Shown one piece after another: positions 1-15,919 of a stretch of 64,000 nt of DNA. Position numbers and translations under genes: made by a program. The DNA is from the human T2T-CHM13v2.0 reference genome, Homo sapiens: NCBI RefSeq assembly GCF_009914755.1, contig NC_060925.1; one strand, written 5' to 3'. Every line of letters begins with the position of its first letter. Within the stretch, counting starts at the first letter, position 1. The notes beneath the pieces were generated by a model. That model ran no database searches, was not told the origin of the DNA, and saw nothing but the letters and a program-made list of their open reading frames with translations.

Positions 1-3000
1 TGGAGTGGAATGGAATGGAATGGCACGGAATGGAATGGAATGGAATGGAATAGAATGGAACGGAACGGAACGGAATGGAATGGAATGGAATGGAATGGAA
101 TGGAATGGTATCAACCTGAATGAAATGGAATGGAATGCAATGGAATCAATCCGAGTGGAATGCAACGGAATGGAATGGAATGGAATGGAATGGAATGGAA
201 TGGAAAGAAATCAACCCGAGTGGAATGGATAGGAATAGAGAGGAATTGATTGGAACGGCATGGAATGCAATGGAATCAACTAGAATGGAATGTAATGTAA
301 TGGAATGGAATGGAATGGAATAGAATCAACCCGAGTGAAATGGAACGGAAGGGAATGGAATGGAAAGGAATGGAAAGCAATGGATTGTAATCAACCAAAT
401 GGAATGGAATGGAATGGAATGGAATGAAATAGAATGGAATCAATTCGAGCACAATGTAATGGTATAGAATGGAATGGAATGGAATGGAATGGAATCAACC
501 AGAGTGCAATGGAATGGAAAGAAATTGAAATGAATCGAATGGAATGCAATGGAATGGAATGGAACAGCATGGAATGGAATGGAATGGAGTGGAATCAACC
601 CGAGTGGAATGGAATGGAATGGAATCTAACGGCATGGAATGGAATGGAATGGAATGAAATCAACCCGAGTGGAATGGAATGGAATGGAATGGACTGGAAT
701 GCAATGGAATGGAATGGAATCAACCCGAGTGGAATGGAATGGAATGGAATGGAGTGGAAAGGATTACAATGGAATGGAATGGAATGGAATGGAATGGAAT
801 GGAATGGAATGGAATGGAATGGAATCAACAAGAGTGGAATGCAATGGAATGGAATGGACTGGAATAAACACGAGTGGAATGGAATGGAATGGAATGGAAT
901 GGAATAGAATGGAATGGAATCAACTCGAGTGGAAAAGAATGGAATGGAAAGCAATGGAATGGAAAGTAAAGTAAAGGAATGCACTGGAATGCAATGGTAT
1001 CGAATGGAGTCAACCAGAGTGGAATGGAAAGGAATGAAATGGAATGGAATGGAATGCAATGGAATGGAGTGGAATGGAATAAACACCAGTGGAATGGAAT
1101 GGAATGGAATGCAATGGAATGGAATGGAATGGACAGGATTGGAATGGAATGGAATGGAAAAGAATGCTATAGAATGGAATGGAATCAACTAGAAAGGAAT
1201 GAAATGGAATGGAATGGAATGGAATCAACAAGAGTGGAATGCAATGGAATGGAATGGAATGGAATGGAATAAAATCAACCCGAGTGGAATGCATAGGAAT
1301 AGAGTGGAATGGAAAGGAACGGCATGGAATGCAATGGAATCAACTAGAATGGAATGGAATGGAATGGACAGGAATGGAATGGAATGGAATGGAATGGAAT
1401 GGAGTGGAATAGACTAGAATGGAATGGAATTGTATGAAATCAACCCGAATGGAATGGAATGGAATGTGATGGAATTGAATGGAAACAACTGGAAAGGAAT
1501 CAAATGGAATGGAAAGAATTGAATGGAATGGAATGGAATGGAATGGAATGGAATGGAATGGAATGGAATGCAATGGAATGGAATCAAACCGAGTGGAATG
1601 CAATGGAATGGAATGGAATGGAATGGAATGGAATGGAATGGAATGGAATGGAATGGAATGGAATGCAATGGATTGGAATGGAATCCACCCGATTGGAATG
1701 CAATGGAATGGAATGGAATGGAATGGAATGGAATGGAATGGAATGAAATCAACCCGAGTGGAATGGATGGGAATAGAGTGGAATGGAATGGAACGCCATG
1801 GAATGCAATGGAATCAACTAGAAAGGAATGGAATGGAATGGAATGGAATGGACAGTAATGGAATGGAACGGAATAAAATGGAATGGAGTGGAATGGACTA
1901 GAATGGAAAGGAATGGAATGAAATAAACCCGATTCGAATGGATTGGAATGCAATGGAATGGAATGGAATCAACTCGAAAGGAATCAAATGGAACGGAATG
2001 GAATGGAATGGAACGGAATGCAATGGAATGGAATGGAATCATCTCGAGTATAAAGGAATGGAATGTAAAGGAATGGAATGGAAAGGAAAGGAATGGAATG
2101 CCATGGAATGCAATGGTATGGAATGGAGTCAACCCAACTGGAATGGAATGGAATGGAATGGAATGGAATGAAGTGGAATGGAATGGAATGGAATGGAATG
2201 GAATCAATCCGAGTGGAATGCAATGGAATTTAAATGGAATGGAATGGATTGGAATGGAATCAACACGATTGGCATGTAATGGAATGCAATGGAATGGAAT
2301 GGAATCAACCCGAGTGGAATGAATTGGAATGGAGTGCAATGGAGTGAAACGGCATGAAATGCAATGGAATCAACTAGAATGGAATGGATTGGAATGGATT
2401 GGAATGGAATCGAACGGAATCAACCTTAGTGGAATGGAATGGAATGGAATGGAATGAATGGAATAGAATGGAATGGAAACCAATGGAATGGAATGGAAAG
2501 GAAACAACCCGAGTGGAATGGAATGCAATGGAATGGAATGGAATGGAATGGAATTCAATGTAATGGAAACAAACCGAGTGGAATGTAATGGAATGGAAAG
2601 GACTGGAATGTAATGGAAAGGATTGGAATCAAACCGATTCCAATGCAAAGGAATGGAATGTAAAGGAATACACAGGAAATTAATGGAATGGAATGGAATG
2701 GAATGGAATGGAAAGGAATGGACTAGAATGGAATGGAAAGGAATGAAATCAACCCGATTGGAATGGAATGGAATGCATGGAATGGAATTGAATGGAATGG
2801 AATCACTTCGAATGGAAAGGAATGGAAGGGAAACGAATGGAATGGAAAGGAAAGGAATTGAATGCAATGGAATGCAATGGTATGGAATGGAGTCAAACAG
2901 AGTGGAATGGAATGGAATGGAATGGAATGAAATTGAATGGAATGGAATGAAATGGAATGGAATGGAATGCAATGGAATGGAGTGGAATGGAATAAACACC

Positions 3001-6000
3001 AATAGAATGGAATGCAATGGATTGGAGTGGAATTGAATGCAATGGAACGGAATGGAATGGACAGGAATGGAATGGAATGGAATGAAATCATCCCGATTGG
3101 AATGTAGTGGAATGCAATGGAATGGAATGGAATCAACTGGAAAGGAATGAAATGGAACGGAATGGAATGGAATGGAATGGAATGGAATGGAATCAACCCG
3201 AGTGGAATGCAATGGAATGGAATGGCATGGAATGGAATCAACCCGAGTGGAATGGATTGGAATGGAGTGGAATGGAATGGAACGGCATGGAATGCAATGG
3301 AATCAACTAGAATGGAATGGAATTGAATGGATTGGAATGGAATCGAACGGAATCAACCTGAGTGGAATGGAATGGAATGGAATGGAATGAATGGAATGGA
3401 ATGGAATGGATACTAATGCAATGGAATGGAAAGTAAACAACCCGAGTGGAATAGAATGCAATGGAGTGCAATAGAATGGAATGGAATGCAGTGGAATTCA
3501 ATGTAATGGAAACAAACTGAGTGGAATGTAATGGAATAGAAAGGACTGGAAGGTAATGGAATGGATTGGAATCAACCTGATTCCAATGCAATGGAATGCA
3601 ATGGAATGGAATCAACCCGAGTGGAATGGAATGGAATAGAATGGAATGGAATGGAATGGAATGGAATGGAATGGAATAGAATGGAATGGAATCAACTCGA
3701 GTGAAAAGGAATGGATTGGAAAGGAATGGAATGGAAAGGAAAGGAATGGAATGCAATGGAATGCAATGGTATGTAATGGAGTCAACCTGAGTGGAATGGA
3801 ATGGAATGGAATGGAATGAAAATGAATGGAATGCAATGCAATGGAATGGAATGGACTGGAATAAACACCAGTGGAATGGAATGGAATGGAATGGAATGGA
3901 CTGGACTACAATGGAATGGAATGGAATGAAATCAACCCGAATAGAATGGAAAAGAATGCAATGGAATGGAATGGAATCAACTGGAAAGGAATGAAATGGA
4001 ATGGAATGGAATGGAATGGAATGGAATGGAATCAACCTGGGTGGAATGGAGTGGAATGGAATGGAATGCAATGGAATGGAGTGGAATGGAATAAACACCA
4101 GTGGAATGGAATGCAATGGAATGGAATGGAATGGAATTGAATGGAATCAACACGAGTGGAATGGATTGGAATAGAGTGGAATGGAATGGAATGGAAAGCA
4201 ACTGAGTGGAATGGAATGGAATGGAATGCAATGGAATGTAATGGAGTGGAAGGCATTAGAATCAACGGGAATGGAATGGAATGGAATGGAATGGAAGATA
4301 ATGGAATGGAATGGAATCAATCCGAGTGGAATGGAATGCAGAAGAATGGAATGGAATCAACCCGAGTGCAATGGAATGGAATGGAATGGAATGGAATGGA
4401 ATGGAATGGAATGGAGTGGAATGGATTGGGATAAACACGAGTGGAATGGAATAGAATGGAAAGGAATAGAATGGAATGGAATCAACTCGAGTGGAAAGGA
4501 ATGGAATGGAAAGGAATGGAATGCAATGGAATGCAGTGTTATGGAATGGAGTCAAACCGAGTGGAATGGAATGGAATTGAATGGAATGCAATGGAATGGA
4601 GTGGAATGGAATAAACACCAGTGGAAAGGAATGGATGGAATTGAATGGAATGGAATGGAATGGAATGGAATGGAATGGAATGGACAGGAATAGATTGGAA
4701 TGGAATGGAATGGATAAGAGTGGAATGGTATGGAATGATACCAACCCGATTGGAATGGAATGGAAAGCAATATAATGGAATAGAATCAATTGGAAAGGAA
4801 TGAAATGGAATTGAATGGAATGGAATGGAATGGAATTGAATGGAATGGTATGGAATGGAATGGAATCAACCCGAGTGGAATGCAATGGATTGGAATGGAA
4901 TGGAATGGAATGGAATGGAATGGAATAGAATGGAATGGAATCAACACGAGTGGAGAGGAATGGAAAGGAAAGGAATGGCATGGAATGGAAAGGAATGGAA
5001 TGCAATGGAATGTACGGGTATGGAATGGAGTCAATCCGAGTGGAATGGAATGGAATGGAATTGAATGCAATGGAATGGAATGGAATGCAATGGAATGGAG
5101 TTGAATAGAATAAACACCAGTGGAATGGAATGGAATGGAAAGGACAGGAATGGAATGGAAAGGAATGGAATGGAATGGAATGGACTAGAGTGGAATGGAA
5201 TTAAATGAAATCAACCCGATTGGAATGGAATGGAATGGAATCAAATGGAAAGGAATCAAATGGAATTGAATGGAATGGAATGGAATGGAATGGAATGGAA
5301 TGGAATGGAAAGAAATCAACCCGAGTGGAATGGATTGGAATGGAGTGGAATGGAATGGAACAGCATGGAATGCAATGGAATCAACTAGAATGGAATGGAA
5401 TTGAATGGATTGGAATGGAATCGAACGGAATCAACCTGAGTGGAATGGAATGGAATGGAATGGAATGAATGGAAGAGAATGGAATGGAAACTAATGGAAT
5501 GGAATGGAAAGGAAACAAACCGAGTGGAATGGAATGCAATGGAAAGCAATGGAATGGCATGGAATGGAATTCAATGTAATGGAAACAAACCGAGTAGAAT
5601 GGAATGGAATGGAAAGGTCTGGAAAGTAATGGAATGGATTGGAATCCACACGATTCCAATGCAATGGAATGGAATGGAATGGAATGGAATGGAATGGAAG
5701 GGAATGGAATGCAATGGAAAGGAATGGAAAAAACTGGAATGGAATGGAATGGAATGGAATTTAATGGAATGGAATGGAATGGAATCAACGCGAGTGGAGT
5801 CGAATGGAATTGAAAGAAAATTAATAGAATGGAATGGAATGGAATGGAATGGAATGGAATGCAATGGAATGGAATAGAATGAACCCGAGTGGAATGGAAT
5901 GGAATGGAAAGGCACGGAATGGAATGGAATGGAATGCAATGAAATGGAATATAATGAACCCGAGTGGAATGGAATGGAATGGAAAGGCACGGAATGGAAT

Positions 6001-9000
6001 GGAATGGAATGCAATGGAATCAAACTGAGTGGAATAGAATGGAATGGAATCAACCCGACTGGAATTGAATGGAGTGGAATGTAATGGAATGGAAAGGAGT
6101 GGAAGGCATTAGAATCATCTGCAATGGAATGGAATGGAATGGAATGGCACGGAATGGAATCAACCCCAGTGGAATGGAATGCATTGCAATGGAATGGAAA
6201 GGAATCAATCCGGGTGGAATGGAAAGGAATGGAATGGATTATAATGGAATGGAATGGAATCAATGTGGGTGGAATGGAATGGAATGGAATGGAATGGAAT
6301 GGAATGGAATCAACCAAAGTGGAATGGAATGGAATGGAATGCAAAGGAATCAAACCGAGTGGAATGGAATGGAATCAACAAAAGTGGAATGGAATGGAAT
6401 GGATGCAACGGAATCAAACCAGTGGAATGGAATGGAATGGAATGGCAAGGAATGGAACGGAATGGAATGGAATCAACATGACTGCCATGGAATGGAATGG
6501 AAAGGAATGGAATGGAATGGTATGGAATCAGACCGAGTGGAAAGGAATGGAATGGAATGGAATGAAATGGAATGGAATGGAATGGAACGGAATCAGCCCG
6601 AGAGGAATGGAATGGAATGATATTGAATGGAATGGAATGGAATCAACGAGAGTGGAACGGAATAGAATGGAATGGATTAGAATGGAATGGAGGGCAGTGG
6701 AAACAGCAGGAACGGATTTTAAAGAAATGGAATGGAATGGAATGGAACGGAATCAACCTGAGTGGAATGGAATGGAATGGAATGCAATGGAATGGAATGG
6801 AATGGAATTAACCCTAGTGGAATGGAATGGAATGGAATGGAATGGAATGGAATGGAATGGAATGGAATGGAATGGAACGGAATGGAATGCAATGGAATCA
6901 ACTGGAATGGAATGGAATGGAACGGAATGGAATCAACCTCAGTGGAATGGAATGGAATGGAATGGAATGGAATGGAATGGAATGGAATGAAAAATAATGG
7001 AATGGAATGGAAACAACCCGAATGGAATGGAAAGCAATGCAATGGAATGGAATGGAATGGAATGGAATGGAATGGAATGGAATGGAATTCAACGTTATGG
7101 GAACAACCCGAGTGAAATCACATGGAACGGAAAGGACTTGAATGTAATGGAAAGGATTGGAATCAACCCGATTAGAAAGCAATGGAACGGAATGGAATGG
7201 AATGGAATGGAACGGAATGGAATGGAATGGAAGGGAATGGAATGGAATGGAATGGAATAAAATCAACCTGAGTGGAATGCATAAGAATAGAGTGGAATCG
7301 AAAGGAACGGCATGGAATGCAATGGAATCAACTGGAATGAAATGTAATGTAATGGAATGGAATGGAATGGAGTGGAATGGACAAGAATGGAATGGAATTG
7401 AATGAAATCAACCCGATTGGAATGGAATGAAATGCAATGGAATTTAATGGAAACTACCGGAAAGGAATCAAATGGAACGGAATGGAATTGAATGGAATGG
7501 AATGGAATGGAATGGAATGCAATAGAATGGAATCAATCCGAGTGGAATGCAATGGAATGGAATTGAATGGAATGGAATGGAATCAACCTGAGTGCAATGG
7601 ATTGGAAGGGAGTGGAAGAGAATGGAACGGCATGGAATGCAAAGGATTCAACTAAAATGGAATGGAATGGAATGGATTGGGATGGAATCGAACGGAATCA
7701 ACCTGAGTGGAATGGAATGGAATGGAATGGAATGAATGGAATGGAATGGAATGGAAACTAATGGAATGGAATGGAAAGGAAGCAACCCGAGTGGAATGGA
7801 AAGCAATGGAATGCAAAGGAATGGAATGGAATGGAATGGAATTAAATGTAATGCAAACAAACCCAGTGCAATGTAATGGAATGGAAAGGACTGGAATGGA
7901 ATGGAATTAAATATAATGCAAACAAACCGAGTGGAATGTAATGGAATGGAAAGGACTGGAATGTAATGGAATGGATTGGAATCAACCCGATTCCAATGCA
8001 AAGGAATGGAATGGAATGGAATGGAATGGAATGGAATGGAAGGGAATGGAATGGAAAGGAATGGAATGAACTGGAATGGAATGGATTGCAATGGAATTTA
8101 ATGAAATGTAATGGAATGGAATGGAATCAACCCGAGTGGAGTGGAGTGGAATGGAATGGAAATGAATGGAATGGAATGGAAGGGAATGGAACGGAATGGA
8201 ATGGAACGAACCTCAGTGGAATGGAATGCAATGGAATGCAATGGAATCGAAAGGAATGGAATCAAGGCGAGTGGAATGCAATGGAATGGAATGGAATAAA
8301 CACGAGAGGAATGGATTGGAATGGAATGGAATGGAATGGAATGGAATAGAATGCAATGGAATCAACTCGAGTGGAAAGGAATGCAATGGAAAGGAAAGGA
8401 ATGGAATGCAATGGAATGCAAAGTTATGGAATGGAGTCAACCCGAGTGGAATGGAATGGAACGGAATGGAATGAAATGGAATGGAATCGAATGCAATGGA
8501 ATGGAGTGGAAAGGAATAAACACCAGTGGAATGGAATGGAATGGAATGGAATGGAATGGAATGGAATGGAATGGAATGGAATGGACTGGAATGGAATGGA
8601 ATGGAATGGACAGGAATGGAATGGAATGGAATGCAATGGACTAGAATGGAATGGAATGGAATGAAATCAACCCTATTGGAATGGAATAGAATGCAATGGA
8701 ATGGAATGGAATCAATTGGAAAGGAAAGAAATGGAATGGAATGGAATGGAATGCAATGGAATGGAATGGAATGCAATGGAATGGAATGGAATGCAATGGA
8801 ATGGAATGGAATGCAATGGAATGGAATGGAAACCAACCGAATGAAATGCAATGGAATGGAATGGAATGCAATGGAATGAAATCAACCCGATTGGAATGGA
8901 ATGGAATGCAATGGAATGGAATGGAATCAACTGGAAAGGAATAAAATGGAACGGAATGAAATCAACCCGATTGGAATGGAATGGAATGCAATGGAATGGA

Positions 9001-12000
9001 ATGGAATCAACTGGAAAGGAATCAAATGGAACGGAATGTAATGTAATGTAACGTAATGTAATGGAATGGAATGGAATGGAAAGGAATGGAATCATCTCGA
9101 CTGGAAAGGAATGGAATGTAAAGGAATGGAATAGAAAGGAAAGGAATGGAATGCCATGGAATGCAATGGTATGGAATGGAGTCAACCCGAGTGGAATGGA
9201 ATGGAATGGAATGGAATGAAATGGAATGGAATGGAATGCAATGGAATGGAATGGAATGGAATAAACACCAGTGGAATGGAATGAAATGGAATGGAGTGGC
9301 ATGGAATAAACACCAGTGGAATGGAATGGAATGGAATGGAATGGAATGGAATGGAATGGAATGTTATGGACAGGAATGGAATGGAATGGAATGGAATGGA
9401 ATGGAATGGAATGGAATGGAATGGAATGGAATGGAATTGACTAGAATGGAATGGAATGGAATGAAATCAACCCGATTGGAATGGAAAGGAATGCAATGGA
9501 ATGGAATGGAATCAACTGGAAAGGAATGAAATCGAATGGAATGGAATGGAAAGGAATGGAATGGAATGGAATGGAACGGAATGCAATCAACCCGAGTGGA
9601 ATGCAATGGAATGGTATGCAATGGAATGGAATGGAATGGAATGAAATCAACTCGAGTGGAATGGATTGGAATGGAGTGGAATGTAATGGAACGGCATGGA
9701 ATGCAATGGAATCATCTAGAATGGAATGGAATGGAATGGATTGAAATGGAATCGAACGGAATCAACCTGAGTGGAATGGAATGGAATGAATGGAATGGAA
9801 TGGAATGGAAACTATAGGAATGGAATGGAAAGGAAACAACCAGAGTGGAATGGATGCAATGGAATGCAATGGAATCGAATGGAATGGAATGGAATTCAGT
9901 GTAATGGAAACAAACCGAGTGGAATATAATAGAATGAAAAGTACTGGGATGTAATGGAATGGATTAGAATCAACCCGATTACAATGCAACGGAATGGAAT
10001 GGGAGGGAATGGAATGGAATGGAAAGGAATGAAATGAACTGGAATGCAATGGAATTTAATGGAATGGAATGGAACGGAATGGAATCAAACCGAGTGGAGT
10101 GGAATGGAATGGAAAGGAAATGAATGGAATGGAATGGAATGGAATGGAATGGAACGAAATGAAATGAACCCGAGTAGAATGGAATGGAATGGAATGTAAG
10201 GGAATGGAATGGAATTAACCCGAGTGGAATGGAATGGAATGGAATGGAATGGAATGGAATCAACCCGAATGGAATGGGATGGAATGCAATCATCCCGAGT
10301 GGAATGCAATGGATTGGAATGGAATATAATGGAATGGAATTGAATGGAAGGCATTAGAATCAACTGGAATGGAATGGAATGAAATGGAATGGAATGGAAT
10401 GGAATCAACCCCAGTGGAATGGAGTGGAATGGAATGGATTATAATGGAATGGAAAGGAATCAATCCGGGTGGAATGGAATGGAAAGGAATGGAGTGGAAT
10501 GGAATGGAATGGAATGGAACGGAATGGAATGGAATCAACCCGAATGGAATGGAACGGAAGGGAATGGAAAGGAATGGAAAGGAATGGAAAGTAATGGAAT
10601 GGAATGGAATCAACCTGAATGGACTGGAATGGAATGGAATGGAATGGAATGGAATCAACTTGAAAGGAATGAAATGAATGGAAAGGAATGGAATGGAATG
10701 GAATCGAATTGAAAGGAATGGAATGGAATCAACCCGAGTAGAATGCAATGGAATGGAATGGAATAGAATGGAATGGAATCAACCCGAGTGGAATGGAATT
10801 GAATGAAATGGAGTGGAATGGAAAGGAATTGAGTGGAATGTAATGTAATGGAATCAACCAGAGTGGAATGGAATGGAATGGAATGAAATGGGAAGGAATG
10901 GAATAAATACGAGTGGAATGGAATGGAATGGAATGGAATAGAGTGGAATGGAATCAACTCGAGTGGAAAGGAATGGAATGGAAAGGAATGGAATGGAATG
11001 GAAAGGAATGGAATGCAATGGAATGCACGGGTATGGAATGGAGTCAATCCGAGTGGAATGGAATGGAATGGAATTGAATGCAATGGAGTGGAATGGAATG
11101 CAATGGAATGGAGTGGAATGGAATAAACACCAGTGGAATGGAATGGAATGGAATGGAATGGAAAGGACAGGAATGGAATGGAAAGGAATGGAATGGAATG
11201 GAATGGACTAGAGTGGAATGGAATTAAATGAAATCAACCGGATTGGAATGGAATGGAATGGAATCAACTGAAAAGGAATCAAATGGAATGGAATGGAATG
11301 GAATGGAATGTAACGGAATCAACCTGACTGGAATGCAATGGAATGGAATGGAATGGAATGGAATGGAATGGAATGGAATCAACCTGAGTGGAATGGATTG
11401 GAATGGAGTGGAATGGAATGGAACGGCATGGAAAGCAATGGAATCAACTAGAAAGGATTGGAATTGAATGGATTGGAATGGAATCAAACGGAATCAACCT
11501 GTGTGGAATCTAATGGAATGAAATGGAATGAATGGAATGGAATGGAATGGAAACTAATGGAATGGAATGGAAAGGAAACAAACCGAGTGGAATGGAATGC
11601 AATGGAATGCAATGGAATGGCATTGAATGGAATTCAATGTAATGGAAACAAACCGAGTGGAATCGAATGGAATGCAAAGGTCTGGAATGTAATGGAATGG
11701 ATTGGAATGAACACGATTCCAATGGAACGGAATGGAATGGAATGGAATGGAATGGAATGGAAGGGAATGGATTGCAATGGAAAGGAATGGAATGAACTGG
11801 AATGGAATGGAATGGAATGGAATTTAATGGAATGGAATGGAATCAACGGGAGTGGAGTCGAATGGAATTGAAAGAAAATTAATGGAATGGAATGGAATGG
11901 AATGGAATGGAATGGAATGGAATGGAATGGAATTCAACAGAATGGAAACACCCCAATTGAAATGGCATGGAATGGAAATGACTTGAATGTAATGGAATGG

Positions 12001-14500
12001 ATTGGAATCAACCCGATTAGAAATCAATGGAATGGAATGGAATGGAAGGGAAGGGAATGGAATGGAATGGAATGGAAAGGAAAGGAATGGAACGGAATGG
12101 AAGGGATTGGAATGGAATGGAATGGATTAGAATGGAATGGAATGGAATGAAATCAACCCGATTGGAATGGAATGGAATGCAATGTAATGGAATGGAATCA
12201 ACTGGAAAGGAATGAAATGGAATGGAATGGAATGGAATCAACCCGAGTGGAATGCAATGGAATGGAATGGAATGGAATGAAATGAAATCAACCCGAGTGA
12301 AATGGATTGGAATGGAGTGGAATGGAATGGAATGGCATGGAATGCAATGGAATTAACTGGAATGGAATGGAATGGAATGGAATGGAATCTAACGGAATCA
12401 ACCTGTGTGGAATGGAAAGGAATGGAATGGAATGAATGGAATGGAAACTAATGGAATGGAATGGAAAGGAAACAACCCGAGTGGAATGGATAGCAATGGA
12501 ATGCAATGCAATGGAATGGAATGGAATGGAATTTGATATAATTGAAAAAACCGACTGGAAAGTAATAGAATGGAAAGGACTGCAATGTAATGGAATGGAT
12601 CGGAATGAACCCGATTCCAATGCAAAGGAATTGAATGGAATGGAAACGAATGGAATGAACCGTAATGGAATGGAATGGAATGGAAATGAATGGAATGGAA
12701 TGGAATGGAGTGGAACGGAATGCAATGGAATGGAAAAGAACGGAATGAACCCGAGTGGAATGGAATGGAATGGAATGGAATGGAATGGAATGGAAAGGAA
12801 AGGAACGGAATAGAATGGAATGGAATGGAAGGGAATGAACACGAGTGGAATGGAATGGAATGCAATGGATTGGAATGGAATGGAATGGAATCAACCCGAG
12901 TGGAACAGAATGGAATGGAATGGAGTGAAACGGAATGGAATGGGATGGAATGGAATGGAATGGAATGGAATAGAATGGAACGGAACGGAACGGAAAGGAA
13001 CGGAATGGAATGGAATGGAATGGAATGGTATCCACCTGAATGAAATGGAATGGAATGGAATGGAATCAACTCGAGTGGAATGCAACGGAATGGAATGGAA
13101 TGGAATGGAACGGAATGGAATGGAATGGAATGGAATGAAATCAACCCGAGTGGAATGGATAGGAATAGAGAGGAATTGAATGGAACGGCATGGAATGCAA
13201 TGGAATAAACTAGAATGGAATGTAATGGAATGGAATGGAATGGAATGGAATGGAATGGAATGGAATGGAATCAACCCGAGTGGAATGGAATGGAAGGGAA
13301 TGGAACGGAAAGGAATGGAAAGCAATGGATTGGAATCAACCAAATGGAATGGAATGGAATGGAATGGAATGGAATAGAATGGAATAGAATGGAATCAATT
13401 CGAGTGCAATGTAATGGTATAGAATGGAATGGAATGGAATGGAATGGAATGGAATGGAATGGAATCAACCAGAGTGCAATGGAATGGAAAGGAATTGAAA
13501 TGAATGGAATGAAATGGAATGGCATGGAATGGAACGGCATGGAATGGAATGGAATGGAGTGGAATCATCCCGAGTGTAATGGAATGGAATGGAATTTAAC
13601 GGCATGGAATGGAATGGAATGGAGTGAAATCAACCCCGAGTGGAATGGAATGGAATGCAATGGAATGGAATGGAATCAACCCGAGTGGAATGGAATGGAA
13701 TGGAATGGAGTGGAAAGGAATACAATGGAAAGGAATGGAATGGAATGGAATGGAATGGAATCAACACGAGTGGAATGGAATGGAATGGAATGGACTGGAA
13801 TAAACACGAGTGGAATGGAATGGAATGGAATAGAATGGAATGGAATAAACTCGAGTGGAAAAGAATGGAATGGAAAGCAATGGAATGGAAAGGAAATTAA
13901 TGGAATGCAATGGAATGCAATGGTATGGAATTGAGTCAACCAGAGTGGAATGGAAAGGAATGAAATGGAATGGAATGGAATGCAATGGAATGGAGTGGAA
14001 TGGAATAAACACCAGTGGAATGGAATGGAATGGAATGGAATGGAATGGAATGGAATGGAATGGAATGGAATGGAATGGACAGGTTTGGAATGGAATGGAA
14101 TGGAACGGAATGCTATGGAATGGAATGGAATCAACTGGAAAGGAATGGAATGGAATGGAATGGAATGGAATGGAATCAACCCGAGTGGAATGAAAGGAAT
14201 GGAATGGAATGGAATGGAATAAAATCAACCCGACTGGAATGCATAGGAATAGAGTGGAATGGAATGGAACGGCATGGAATGCAATGGAATCAACTAGAAT
14301 GGAATGGAATGGAATGGAATGGAATGGAATGGAGTGGAATGGACTAGAATGGAATGGAATTGAATGAAATCAACCGGATTGGAATGGAATGGAATGCAAT
14401 GGAATTCAATGGAAACAACTGGAAAGGAATCAAATGGAACGGAATGGAATTGAATGGAATGGAATGGAATGGAATGCAATGCAATGGAATCAACCCGAGT
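1..14500 (+). repeat. Dispersed block copy: about 1-1550 repeated at about 12920-14480 (offset ~12.9 kb)
   Basis: GGTATC(A/C)ACCTGAAT 107/13027, GGATAGGAATAGAGAGGAATTGA 227/13157, AAAATCAACCCGA..GCATAGG 1271/14221. Confidence 0.82.
7975..7997. other. Representative copy of the recurrent 9-bp inverted repeat ATTGGAATC-AACCC-GATTCCAAT
   Basis: The arms 7975-7983 and 7989-7997 are exact reverse complements. At least 16 perfect copies occur in the window. Confidence 0.9.
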
Positions 14501-15919
14501 GGAATGCAATGGAATGGAATTGAATGGAATGGAATGGAATCAACCCGAGTGGAATGGATTCGAAGGGAGTGGAATGGAATGGAACTGCATGGAATGCAAT
14601 GGAATCAGCTAAAATGGAATGGAATGCAATGGATTGGGATGGAATCGAACGGAATCAACCTGAGTGGAAGGAAATGGAATGGAATGGAATGGAATGAATG
14701 TAATGTAATGGAATGGAATGGAAACTAATGGAATGGAATGGAAAGGAAGCAACCCGAGTGGAATGGAAAGCAATGGAATGCAATGCAATGGAATGGAATG
14801 GAATACAATTAAATGTAATGCAAACAAACCGAGTGGAATGTAATGGAATGGAAAACACTGGATATGTAATGCAATGGATTGGAATCAACCCGAATCCAAT
14901 GCAACGGAATGGAATGGAATGGAATGGAGTGGAATGGAATGGAATGGAATAAACCCCAGTGGAATGCAATGGAATGGAATGGAATGGAATGGAATGGAAT
15001 GGAATGAACTCGAGTGGAATGGATTGGAATACAGTGGAATGGAATGGAACGGCATGGAATGCAATGGAATCAACTAGAATGGAATGGAATGGAATGGATT
15101 GAAATGGAATCGAGCGGAATCAACCTGAGTGGAATGGAATGGAATGGAATGGAAAGAATGGAATGGAATGGAATGGAAACTAAAGGAATGGAATGGAAAG
15201 GAAATAACACGAGTGGAATGGAATGCAATGGAATGGAATGGAATGGAATGGAATTCAGTGTAATGGATACAAACCGAGTGGAAGCTAATGGAATGAAAAG
15301 GACTGGGACGTAATGGAATGGATTGGAATCAACCCGATTGCAATGCAACGGAATGGAATGGAAGGGAATGGAATGGAATGGAAAGTTATGGAATGAACTG
15401 GAATGCAATGGAATTTAATGGAATGGAATGGAACGGAATGGAATCAACCCGAGTGGAGTGGAAAGGAATGGAAAGAAATGAATGGAATGTAATGGAATGG
15501 AATGGAAAGGGACGAAATGAAATGAACCCGAGTGGAATGGAATGGAATGGAATGGAATGGAATGGAATGGAATGGAATCAACCCGAGTGGAATGGAATGG
15601 AATGGAATGGAACGGAAAAAAACGGAATGAACCCGAGTAGAATAGAATAGAATGGAATGGAATGGAATGGAATTGAATCAACCCGAGTGGAATGGAATGG
15701 AATGGAATGGAATAAACACGAATGGAATGGAATGGAATGGAATGGAATGGAATGGAATGGAATGGAATGGAATGGAATCAACTCGAGTGGAATGAAATGT
15801 AACGTCATGGAATGGAATTTAATGGAATGGAATGGAATGGAATCAACCCGACTGGAATGGAAAGGAATGCAATCATCCCGAGTGGAATGGAATGGAATGG
15901 AATGGAATGGAATGGAATG

